Of a stretch of 26,439 nt of DNA, positions 11,071 through 21,419 are shown piece by piece; within the stretch, counting starts at the first letter, position 1, and each line of letters opens with the position of its first letter. The position numbers and the translations under genes are program-made. The DNA is taken from positions 6,676,788-6,703,226 of the forward strand of contig NC_057756.1 of NCBI RefSeq assembly GCF_004010195.1, in the 5' to 3' direction. The DNA is from Chiloscyllium plagiosum (taxonomy: Eukaryota). The notes below the pieces were generated by a model that saw only the letters and a program-made list of their open reading frames with translations, did not search any database and was not told where the DNA came from.

Positions 11071-11689
11071 TTCATGATGGTTTGTATCTTTTTCGCTCAC
11101 AGTACTTTTCGTGGATTGTGGCTGTCATGTTGTGACCGCGGATTTGAAAAGGACGAACAATCACAGGAATACAATGAAACCAGGTATCGGACTCCCTCCC
11201 TCCCCTTCCTCTGGACGTTGTGTGACAGTTCAGTGATGTCTGAACAGAATTACGTGGCGATATCTGCACCTTGCACGTCTTCATCGTTTTTACTCACTCT
11301 CAACATTCTGGCGAACGGGTGTCAATGTGGTTAGCGATGAACTGTACAGTTCTTGAGAGAGCCCCTGAGAGTGAGGGTGTGTTGAGTACCATGGATGGAG
11401 CATGAGATGAGGGACACTGCGTGATACACTGAGAGTGATAGAGGATGAGGCCAGGTGGGAGGTGGGTGTCATCGCAGAGATCAGGAGAGTTTGAAGTGGG
11501 AGAGAAGTGACACGTCACCTGGCAGAGAGATTTCTTCCTGCATTGGAGATAATTCCTCCGCATGTTCACTGGGGGAGTGAGGGACTGGCACAGTCTGCTA
11601 CCTAGCCTCCTCACAGCAAAGAGGGGGTCCTTCCTCTGTAACCTCTAGGTCCCTGCCCACAATGCATTTTCCCATGTCTGAGGCAAATA

Positions 11690-12311
11690 GGGTGGCATGG
11701 TGGCTCAGTGGTTAGCACTGCTGCCTCGCAGCACTAGGGTTTTGGATTTGTTTCCAGCCTTGGGCGACTATCTGCGTGGAGTTTGCACGTTCTTCGTGTG
11801 TCTGTGTGGGTTCCCTCTGGGTTCTCTGGTCTCCTCCCACAGTCCAAAGCTGTGCAGGTTAGGGTGGATTGGCCATGCTAAATTGCCCATAGTGTCCAGG
11901 GATGTGTGGGCTAGGTGGATTGGCCATGCTAAATTGTTTCATAGTGTCCAGGGATGTGCAGGTTAGGGTGGACTAACCATGCTAAATTGCCCATAGTGTC
12001 CAGGGATGTGCGGGCTAGGTGGATTGGCCATGCTAAATTGCCCATAGTGTTCAGCGATGTATGGGCTAGGTGGATTGGCCATGCTAAATTGCCCATAGTG
12101 TCCAGGGATGTGCAGGTTAGGGTGGATTGGCCGTGCTAAATTGTCCCATAGTGTCCAGGGATGTGCGGGTTAGGGTGGATTAACCATAGTATAAGTGCAG
12201 TTGTTGGGATAAGGTAGGGGCCTGGGTCTGGCTGTGATGCTCTTTGATGGGTTGGTGTAGACCTGATGGGCTGAATAGCCTCTTCCTGCACTGTCAGGAT
12301 TCTCTGATTCT
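11690..12311 (+). mobile_element. HE1-type SINE with internal ~52-bp tandem array (~7 units)
   Basis: gggtggcatggtggctcagtggttagcactgctgcc head; same repeat unit as 1271-1702. Confidence 0.9.
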
Positions 12312-12324
12312 AAATAGCTTCAAA

Positions 12325-12820
12325 TGCGCAGGGGTTATTAAACTGGAAAGGGTGCAGAAAAGATTTACAAGGATGTTATTGGGACTGGAGTGTTTGAGTT
12401 ATAAAGAGAAGCTCGAAAGGCTGGGACTTTTTTTTCCCTGGAGTATAGGAGGTTCAGGATTAGCCTGATAGAGGTATATAGAATCATGAAGGGTCTGGAT
12501 AGGGTGAAGAGCCAAGATCTTTGCCCCAGAGTAGGGGAGTCTAAAACTACATGCCCTAGGTTTAAGGTGAGAGGGGAAAGATTTAAAAAGGTCCTAAGGG
12601 GCAACGTTTTCACACAGAGGGTGGTGTGTGTATGGAATGAGCTGCCAGAGGAAGTGGTGGAGGCTGGTACAATGACAGCATTTAAAAGGCATTTAAACAG
12701 GTACATGAATAAGGAAAGGTGTAGAGGGATAGGCAAATGGGACAAGTTCAGTTTCGGAAAACTGGTTGGCAAGGATGGGTTGGGCCGAAAGCCCTGTTTC
12801 TGTGCTGTATGACTCTATGG
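12325..12820 (+). mobile_element. CR1/HER1-type LINE 3' fragment
   Basis: KLERVQKRFTRMLLGL and FTQRVVCVWNELPEEVVEAGT in the ORF track; tgtatgactctatg tail. Confidence 0.9.
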
Positions 12821-13070
12821 CAGCCAACACAATGCCAACACTTCACCATCGCTCAATAACCTTTTCATTATGGGATGCTGGTATATTCCATTATGATGTG
12901 GATTTTTGGCTTGTGTGAGGATTGGGTTAGCACTGAAACAGAGGGGCTGGGTGGGTGGTAAGCCTTTACAGAGGTTTGCTTATATTTTTCTGATTTCTCT
13001 CTCTCTCTCTCTCTGTGTCTCTGTGACTTTATCATTTTATCCCTTTGTCTCGGATCTCTCCTGTTTGCAG

Positions 13071-13127
13071 GAGAATAAGAATTGCACAGTGCACTTCCCT
13101 GTCAGCTTTCTCTGCCCATCCTGAACG
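13071..13127 (+). CDS. Candidate exon C (57 nt, phase 2-2: RIRIAQCTSLSAFSAHPE); 3' boundary uncertain
   Basis: Long pyrimidine tract ending tttgcAG; open only in phase 2; donor ACG|GTGTAA is weak (alternative GT at 13130). Confidence 0.35.
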
Positions 13128-13150
13128 GTGTAATACTTCACTCTCTGCAT

Positions 13151-13485
13151 ATAGGACCTTGATGATCCTAACGAGACGGGCGGCAAGTATTTTGTTCGGA
13201 CAATTGATTGTTCGGATAATCGATATGATCGTAAACAAGTGGAAATTTGAATGCCGGTTATCTGAACATTTCTCAGTAACCGACAGTGCATGCCGTAATA
13301 CCGGTTTAACTGATAACTGATCTATCGTATACAAGCAGTAATGTATAAGTACCAGTCATCCCAACATTTCTCGGGTTATCTAGCAATAAACACCATAATG
13401 CCGTTAAACTGATAACTGAATGCTGAGTGGCCTAATGCTGTTTTTACAGGACCTTGAGAATCATGTTCGGATAATCAAGGTTGTA
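13151..13485. mobile_element. Tigger-like MITE
   Basis: ACCTTGATGATCCTAACG (13156-13173) versus reverse complement of 13464-13481 (ACCTTGATTATCCGAACA), 15/18; repeated gttcggataatc and aactgataactga. Confidence 0.65.
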
Positions 13486-13794
13486 TTTTCCAGCATCATA
13501 CATGTAATAAGGCTGTCTGACAGGTAGAGATGGAGCATTATTGTATCTTTTAACCCTCCTTATGTTTTGTTCCAGAGAACTGTGTGATTGCTGGGTAGCA
13601 TGCTGCAACAAGGGGCAAGAGGAATCCAGAGATGTGTATGTTAACCCCATAACTTGGTGAGAGGTTTAAGCCTTTGGACAATTACAAACCACCTGATTAA
13701 ATCAGCAAAAGTGGCAGAGTTTTAATGATCAGATTTTACATTAAGTGCATTCGATCAGTTTATCATCGTACAAAAGTCACATGACAAACTTATA

Positions 13795-14370
13795 GTCATG
13801 GAGTCATACAACATGGAAACAAACCCTTCGGTCCATCTCGTCCATGCAGACCATAATCCCAAACTAAACAAGTCCCACCTGCCTGGGCTTATCCCTCGAA
13901 ACGTTTCTTATCCATGTACTTTTCTAAATGTCTTTTAATTGTTGTAACTGTACCTGCATCTACCACTTCTTCTAGAAATTCATTCCACACATGAAACACT
14001 CTCTGTGTAAAATAATTAGCCTTCACATCCTTTTCAAACCTTTCTCCTCTCTCCTGAGCAATATGCCCCCACCTGAGGGAATATACACCTACCGTTCACC
14101 TTATCGATGCCCCTCATGATTTTATAATCCTTTATAAGGTGACCCCTCAAGCTCCTATGCACCAGTGAGAAAAGTCCCAGCCTATCCAGCCTCTGCTTAT
14201 AACTCGAACCCTCTAATCTCAGCAACATCCTGGTAAATCTTTTCTGAGCCCTCTCCATCCTTCCTAAGATAGGGGAGACCAGAACTGGACATAGTATTCC
14301 AGAAGAGGCCTCACAACATCCTGCACAACCTCAACATTAACGTCCCAACTCCTATACTTAAAAGTCTGAG
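13795..14370 (-). mobile_element. CR1/HER1-type LINE 3' fragment
   Basis: Minus ORFs RPLLEYYVQFWSP and ERAQKRFTRMLLRLEG. Confidence 0.9.
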
Positions 14371-14557
14371 CAATGAAATTTGATTTGGGGCATGCCAGTC
14401 CCGTGATTGGAACATGGTCAGCCAGGTGGACCTCCGAGAATAGGAGTTCGCTGATTGTGGCAGTTAACCCGGTCCAGTCAGGAAACACTGGCTGACAGAT
14501 ATAAACAGGAGTGTCAGGGGCTTTGCTCACCCTCACAGCTGGCTCTGTGCTTGCTGG

Positions 14558-14848
14558 GTCACAGAGTCATAGAGATGTACAGCACGGAAACAGACCCTTT
14601 GGTCCAACCCATCCATGCCGACCAGACATCCCAACCCAATCTAGTCCCACCTGCCAGCACCCGGCCCATATCCCTCCAAACCCTTCCTATTCATATACCC
14701 ATCCAAACGCCTCTTAAATGTTGCAATTGTACCAGCCTCCACCACTTCCTCTGGCAGCTCATTCCATACACGTACCACCCTCTGGGTTAAAAAGTGACCC
14801 CTTAGGTCTCTTTTATATCTTTCCCCTCACACCCTAAACCTATGCCCA
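14558..14848 (-). mobile_element. CR1/HER1-type LINE 3' end
   Basis: gtcacagagtcatagagatgtacagcacggaaacagaccc terminus; reverse complement of 24220-24436. Confidence 0.9.
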
Positions 14849-15045
14849 AAGGGGACTTGATGACAGGGTAGCAGCCTTTGTGGAATTATTTCAGACCGCA
14901 TGATAAGCTTTGAATTAAACAACTTCAGATATAGCTGGGGACCTGCAGGCAGAACTGTTGCTCCATTTTAATGCATTTTCGAAACCGTTTATATGTCAGA
15001 ACAGTTACCTCTGTCTGCCTGTTTTAGGAGGTCACTCTTGTAACT

Positions 15046-15281
15046 CAGAGTCCAAAAGTGTGGTGCTGGAAAAGCACAGTCGGTCAGGCCGTATCTGAGG
15101 AGCAGGAGAGCTGACGTTTCGAGCATAAACCCTTCATCAAGAATCCTGATCATCCCTGATGAAGGACTTATGCCCGAAATGTCAACTCTCCCGCTCCTTG
15201 GATGCTGCCTGACCGGCTGCGCTTTTCCAGCACCACACCTTTGGACTCTGATCTCCAGCAGCTGCAGTCCTCATTTTCCCC
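15046..15281. mobile_element. Older palindromic PLE-terminus element
   Basis: cagagtccaaaagtgtggtgctggaaaag...cttttccagcaccacacctttggactctg inverted arms, diverged. Confidence 0.8.
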
Positions 15282-15425
15282 CATGTTTGTACTTCAGTCA
15301 CAAATTATCGTCTGACTCTCTCTGTCCCCAAGAACAAAACCTTTTGTGTTCTCTGAGCCCCGAGTCACAGTAAAATAGCATTAATCCCGTACAGCCGCAG
15401 ATTGAAAATATACAGTTTGCACTTG

Positions 15426-15723
15426 GGGCAGCTCAGTGGTTAGCACTACTGCCTCACAGCACCAGGGTCCCAGGTTCGATTCCAGCCTCAGGCCTGTGTG
15501 GAGATTGCACATTCTCCCCGTGTCTGTGTGGGTTACCTCCGGGTGCTCTTCCCACAGTCCAAAGCTGTGCAGGTCAGGTGAATTGGCCATACTAAATTGC
15601 CCATAGTGTTTGGTGCATTAGTAAGAGGGAAATGGGTCTGGGTGAGTTACTCTTCAGAGGGTCGGTGTGGACTGGTTGGGCCGAAGGGCCCGTTTTCACA
15701 CTGTAGGGAATCTAGAAATCTAG
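15426..15723 (+). mobile_element. HE1-type SINE ending just upstream of the exon D acceptor
   Basis: gctcagtggttagcact, ggttcgattcc, gggccgaagggcc...cacactgtagggaatcta. Confidence 0.9.
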
Positions 15724-15755
15724 AAAAACCCCTGAATTATTTTCATTTTGTTTAG

Positions 15756-15808
15756 CACCACAGGGCAGCAGCAGGCAAGGCATTTCAGGTGGACATCAAC
15801 AGGCAGCG
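15756..15808 (+). CDS. Internal exon D (53 nt); phase 2->1 TTGQQQARHFRWTSTGS, or phase 1->0 PQGSSRQGISGGHQQAA
   Basis: Acceptor ttttcattttgtttAG, consensus donor GCG|GTAAGT. Confidence 0.7.
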
Positions 15809-15852
15809 GTAAGTCACAAGACGCGATCATCACGCAACTGCAGTGAGCACCT

Positions 15853-17172
15853 GAAATAGAAGCAGAAAGTACTGGAGAAACTCAGCAGGTCTGGCAGCTT
15901 CTGCAGAGAGAGAAATAAGGTTAACATTTCGAGTTTTTGGACTCACAATGTTCATTTTGTCTTCCCCCTCTGCACAGATGTTTCCAGACCTGCTGCAAGT
16001 ATCTACAGTGCTTTCTGGGTTTTATTTCACATCTCCAGCGTCAGCACCTATGCGATTTAATTGCATTGAGCAGCTGGTGTAATGGACACAAACACGGGGT
16101 TGTGTTGGAGAAACTCAGCATCCATCAAGAGAGAAACAGAGTTAGCATTTTGAGTCTGGTCCGACTCTTCTTCAGAACTCTAAGGCCACTTCTGAATCAC
16201 TGCATCCAATTCTGGTCGCCCTGCTATAGGAAGGTTGCCATTAAACTGGAAAGGGTGAAAAAAGGATTTACAGCCATGTAACTGAGACTGGAGTGTTTGA
16301 GTTATAAGGAAAGGCTGGTAAGGCTGGGACATTTTTCTGTAGGCTGCAGGAAGCTGAGGGGCGAACTTACAGAAATTTATAACGTCATGAGTGGCATAGT
16401 GGCTCAGTGCTTAGCACAGCTGCCTCACAGTGCCAGGGACTGCCAGCCTCAGGTGACTGTGTGGAGTTTGCACATTCTCCCTGTGTCTGTGTGAGTTCCC
16501 TCTGGGTCTGCTCCGGTTTTCTCCCACAGTCCAAAGATGTGCAGGTTATGTGAATTGTCTGCTAAATTGCCCCACAGTGTTCAGGGCTGTGTAGGTGAGG
16601 TGCATTAGTCAGAGGTAAATGTAGAGTAATAGGGTAGGGGAATGAGTCTGGGTGAGTTTTTCTTCAGAGGGTTGGCGTGGACTTGTTGGGCCAAATGGCC
16701 TGTTTCCACACTGAAGGGATTCAATGATAGATAAGGTGAATAGCAAAGGTCTTGTCCCCAGGGTAGGAGAGGAGAAATATTTAAAAGGGACCTGAGGGGC
16801 AACCTTTTCACACAGACTGAGTGATGTGCATATGGAACAATGTGCCAGAGGAAGTGGTAGAAGTGAGTACAACATTTAAAAGACATTTGGATAGGGATAT
16901 GGATAGAAAAGGGTTAGAGGCACATGGGTCAAATGTGGGCAAATGGGACTAGTTCAGTTTGGGAAATCTGGAGAGCATGAACTTGTTGGGCTGAAGGGTC
17001 TATTTCCGTGCTATACAACTCTAACCACTCCAGAACCGAGTTCTGAAGGAGAGTCATGAAGGATTCAAAACATTAACTCTGCTTTTTCTCTCTCTGCAGA
17101 TGCTACCAGACCTGTTGAGTTTCTCCTGCATTCTCTGTATTCGTTTCAGACATCTAGCATCTGCAGTACTTT
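15853..17172. mobile_element. Nested cluster: third PLE-terminus family (15853-16050, 16100-16178 minus, 17038-17172 plus) around a CR1 3' fragment (16179-17025) that contains an HE1 SINE (16389-16722)
   Basis: ctggagaaactcagcaggtctggcagc / cagatg...ccagacctgctg inverted motifs; ORF RPLLNHCIQFWSPCYRK...KLERV; HE1 head gtggctcagtgcttagcac. Confidence 0.75.
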
Positions 17173-17704
17173 GATCCACTTGATGGTTTATTAGAGTCAA
17201 GGTTTATTTATTTCCCCTAACGATGGGTGAAAATGTCATGAAGGTTCCGCCAGTGGGTCTGCTGTCCCCATTGTCGAGACAACTTAATGTTGTATTAATG
17301 TGGGTCATGAAAGACTCGTGTCCAGGGAAGTGATTCTTAGCTTCCAGCCTGGAGTCATTGGTCAGCACCAGCACCTGCACTGTTCTATTCTCTAGTCCAG
17401 GCTAATGCTTACGGAGCCAGAGGCTGATGCTCATTCGTCCACAGTGTTAACGAAGGACCACTGTTCAGTCTTACTGGGCATGATGCAGTTGGCTTATTCA
17501 TTGAGGCTCAAGAGGAGAAGGGAGAGCGACAAAACAATTCCCCCTCATCAGAATTCTATCAACACCAATAACACTTGATCAACCTCAGTGACCGTTATAC
17601 CAAAGTTAACACACTATTAACATTGCGGACGAACTGAACTGCAGTCGGAATATGATGTGCACTCGAATTATTGAACATATCTCCCCCATCTTGACAAGAC
17701 TGGG

Positions 17705-18057
17705 TTTTTTTGTTCATTCACTGGATGAGGGCGCCATTAGCTAGCCCAGCATTTATTGAGCATCACTAATTACTCCAGAGGGCAGTCAAGAGTCAACCAC
17801 ATTGCTGTGAGTCTGGTGTCACATGTAGTCCAGACCAGGTAAGGATGGTAGTTTCATTTCCTTAACGGCCTTAGTGAACCAGATGTGTTTTTCCCTAACA
17901 ATGGATTTGAGGTCATTGTTAGACACTTAATTCCAGATTTTTATTGAATTCAATTGAAAAAATTAAAATTCCACCATCTGCTGGGGAAGGATTTGAACCT
18001 GGGTCCCTCACCACTGCCTGGGTCTCTGGATTAATACCACTCAGCCATAACCTCCCC
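17705..18057 (-). mobile_element. Second-family tRNA-headed SINE
   Basis: Reverse complement of 4885-5205 (gagtcaaccacattgctgtg, tagtgaaccagatg, ccaccatctgc, ctctggattaa). Confidence 0.8.
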
Positions 18058-18577
18058 TGTTGTACAGCAGCCCCACCAAATTACACATGAGGTAAATGAT
18101 TTGAGAATGTAGATGTTGTCATACAGAAAAAATATATGTTTCACAGGGAGTAGGTGGCATTTTTGTGATGTGAGAGGGAGGGTATTGAAGAAAAATTAAA
18201 TTGAAAACCCTAAATTAAATGATGTTTGCATACGTAGATGTTGGTTTATTTTAATCTCCGCTTGTGAATGATGGCAAGATGACAAGTAAGGAGTCATTGG
18301 TAATCTGGGGTGGACAGGGAAATGGAGTTGAGGTCAGAGACATGAGCATTTCAAATGGCAGGAACCGTCTTGAGGGCCGAATGGCTTACTACTCCTACCT
18401 CAATATGTTCCTATGATTTCCCAATGGCTGCTGAAGTTTCTTTTTCAGCCCCAATCAATGAACAGGGTTAAGGATGCAAGGGCTGCAACATTTGGATAAT
18501 GAAATAAATGGAAATTGAAGGGAAGTTGACCAATTGATTTTGGCTGAAAGTTAAATTGCTTTACTTTTTGTGCACAG

Positions 18578-18613
18578 ATGCTGCTATGGAACAGCCTGGA
18601 CAAAGCAAAACTT
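18578..18613 (+). CDS. Internal exon E (36 nt, phase 1-1: DAAMEQPGQSKT); alternative donor after 18641 gives 64 nt, phase 0->1 MLLWNSLDKAKLVRKIQEQNA
   Basis: Acceptor ttactttttgtgcacAG, donor CTT|GTGAGA; keeps frame between exons D and F. Confidence 0.55.
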
Positions 18614-18699
18614 GTGAGAAAAATCCAGGAACAAAATGCAAGTACAGTTTTCCGTATATTTATACATAGATTGGTAAACTTATATTTTGAAGTGAACTG

Positions 18700-18993
18700 A
18701 TACAGTCATACAACACGGAAACACACCCTTCGGTCAACCAGCCCGTGCCGACCATAATCCCAAACTAAACTAGTCCCACCTTGGCACATATCCCTCCAAA
18801 CATTCCTTATTCATTAACTTATCTAAATGTCTTATAAACATTGTAACTGTACCCACATCCACCACTTCCTCTGGAGTTTCAGTCCCCACATGAACAACCC
18901 TCTGTGTATAAAAGTTATCCCACATGTCCTTTTTAAATCTTTCTCCTCTCACCTTAGAAATGTGCCCCCTCATCTTGAAGTTCCCCCACCCTA
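18700..18993 (-). mobile_element. CR1/HER1-type LINE 3' fragment
   Basis: Minus ORF KVRGERFKKDMWDNFYTQRVVHV...PEEVVDVGT. Confidence 0.85.
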
Positions 18994-19561
18994 GCAGCTG
19001 TACATGTTTTTGGAGCTTTGGTTGGGCTTCGCTGGAAAACGTAAGCCAGCTCAGGACTGTAATGTCAACATGAAGGCAAGGTGGTTTCATTGAAATGGCA
19101 GGCAACTGCAAAGTTGGGGTCTGGGGGATCTGTACAGGTCTAACAGGTTACACCCGAAGCTGAGGTTAGGACCAACCTATCCTTGCAATGGGGTTTGCTA
19201 ATGCTGTTGGTGGATAGTGCAGTAGAGGGGCCATGGATATATGGAAGCCATATCCTGTAAGGGTAGCACATGCTGAAGCCATCATCACATTTAAGAAGTC
19301 CTTAGTCCTTGAGTCACCATAATGTACGAAGCGATGAGCCAAGTGCTGGATAATGGGACTGGAGTAGGTCAGTGCTTGACTTGTATGGATGCACAGGCAG
19401 AAGGTCTCTTTTTGTGCTGTGAAGCCTTATGTCTATATGGCTCTAATAATTGGAATTCCTGAAACGTTCCTTGGAAGGCTGTTTTCAAATGGGACTTCAG
19501 TGTGCTTTAGATTTTTCCCTTTGTATCTTCGGCTTAATCGATTTCCTTTTTTTTCCTGCAG

Positions 19562-19618
19562 CACCATCAAAGGCATTTCCCATATATGCTGCAGTTAAGA
19601 AGAAACGCAGGGGAAACG
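19562..19618 (+). CDS. Internal exon F (57 nt, phase 1-1): PSKAFPIYAAVKKKRRGN, containing a YxxV motif
   Basis: Branch-point-like cttaat, strong tract tttccttttttttcctgcAG, donor ACG|GTATGT; overlaps track ORF 19450..19668. Confidence 0.8.
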
Positions 19619-19670
19619 GTATGTATGGCCTTGGTTATTCTTGCCCAAGTGCATGGATGCCCATGTGACT

Positions 19671-20036
19671 GGGTGGCATGGTGGCTCAGTGGTTAGCACT
19701 GCTGCCTTACAGTGCCAGGGACCCTGGGGTTCGATTCCACTCTTGGGTGACTATCTGTGTGGAGTTTGCACATTCTTTCCTGTGTCTGCGTGGGTTTCCT
19801 CCCAAAGATGTAGAAGTTAACCCACCCAGACCATTACTCTAAATTTAGCCCTGACTAATGCACCTAACCGCACACCCCTGAACACTATGGCCAATTCACC
19901 CTAACCTGCACGTCTTTAAACGTGAGAGGAAACTTGAGCACCCAGAGGAAACCCACACAGACAGTTGCCCGAGGCTGGAATTAAAACTGGCTCCCTGGCA
20001 CTGTGAGGTAGCAGTACTAATCATTGAGCCACCGTG
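19671..20036. mobile_element. Two truncated HE1 SINEs joined tail to tail (+ 19671-19820, - 19821-20036)
   Basis: Head gggtggcatggtggctcagtggttagc at left; reverse-complement head cattgagccaccgtg at right. Confidence 0.85.
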
Positions 20037-20074
20037 ATATGTTAGCCTCCATACTGATAGGATTGGTGTACGGG

Positions 20075-20588
20075 AGCAGGGAGATCTTGCAGCAATTGTA
20101 CAGGAGCCTTGGTGAGACCACACGTGCAGTTTGAGTCTCCTTATCTGAGGAAGGATGTTCTACCGATAGAGGGAGTGCAGTGACTGATTCTTGGACGGCA
20201 AGGCTGACATACGGTGAGCGAATGGATCAGGAATTTATAGAATGAGACCTATCAAATTCTAACAGGACTAGACAGAGCATATACAAGGAAGAGTGTTCCC
20301 AATGACTAGGGAGTCTAGAACCAGGGGTCACAGTCTAATGACATGGTGTCGGCCATTTTGGACTTAGATATGGAGAAATGCCTTCGTCCAAAGCCTGTGG
20401 AATTCTGGGTCACAGAAAGCAGTCGAGGTCAAAACTTTGAATGTATTTAAGAAGGGGTTAGGTATCGTTCCTGCAGCTGAAAGAATCAAAGTGTATGGGG
20501 AGAGAGGGGGAACAGGGGACGGAGTTGTATGATCAACCATGACCATACTGAATGGCCTACTCATAGTCCCATTTTCTATGTTTCTATA
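20075..20588 (+). mobile_element. Degenerate CR1-type LINE 3' fragment
   Basis: gccttggtgagaccacac, gagtctagaaccaggggtcacagtct, ctgtggaattct, tttctatgtttcta tail. Confidence 0.75.
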
Positions 20589-21055
20589 AAATAATAAACC
20601 AGGGTGTGGTTCAATTTTTGATCTCACTACCACCAGAATAACTTTGATTTTTTTTAAATTCACTAACGGGACATCGCTAGCTGGGCCAGGATTTTATTGC
20701 CCATCCCTAGTTGCCTCTTAAGAAGGTGGAGGTGAGCTGCTTTCTTGAACTGCTGCAGTCCATGAGCTGTAGATTGACCCATAGTCATTTCTTTCTTGAG
20801 ACTTTGTAGTGACTGATACAACTGAGAGACTTGCTGGGCCTTTTCAGAAGGCAACTGGGAGTTAGCTACATTGCTGTGGGTCTGGAGTCACATGTAGGCC
20901 AGACCAGGTGAGGAACATTAGTCGGCCAGATAGGTTCCTCTGAGAATTGACAATGGTTTTATGGTCACCTGTAGATTCCTAATTGCATTAAAATTGAATT
21001 CAAACGCCCCCCCTTCGCCATAGCAGTATTCAAACCTGGGTCTCTGGATTAACAG

Positions 21056-21419
21056 GAGAAAGTGAGGACTGCAGATGCTGGAGATCAGAGCTGAAAATGT
21101 GTTGCTGGAAAAGCGCAGCAGGTCAGGCAACATCCAAGGAACAGGAGAATCGACGTTTCGGGCATANNNNNNNNNNNNNNNNNNNNNNNNNNNNNNNNNN
21201 NNNNNNNNNNNNNNNNNNNNNNNNNNNNNNNNNNNNNNNNNTGACCTCTCCGTCCCCACCCCACTCCGGCCTATCACCCTCACCTTGACCTCCCTCCACC
21301 TATCGCAATTCCAACGCCCCTCCCCCAAGTCCCTCCTCCCTACCTTTTATCTTAGCCTGCTGGACACACTTTCCTCATTCCTGAAGAAGGGCTTATGCCC
21401 GAAACGTCGATTCTCCTGT
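21056..21419. mobile_element. Young inverted PLE-terminus insertion with 15-bp TSD, spanning the assembly gap
   Basis: TCTCTGGATTAACAG at 21041-21055 and 21420-21434; aacaggagaatcgacgtttcgggcata on the left, tatgcccgaaacgtcgattctcctgtt on the right. Confidence 0.85.
21167..21241. other. Assembly gap (75 N)
   Basis: Run of n in the sequence. Confidence 1.

Noticed and set aside
14380..14548. TATA-like gatataaa with upstream CCAAT-like attgg as a gene promoter
   Set aside because: Sandwiched between LINE fragments in an intron; more likely an LTR remnant, unsupported
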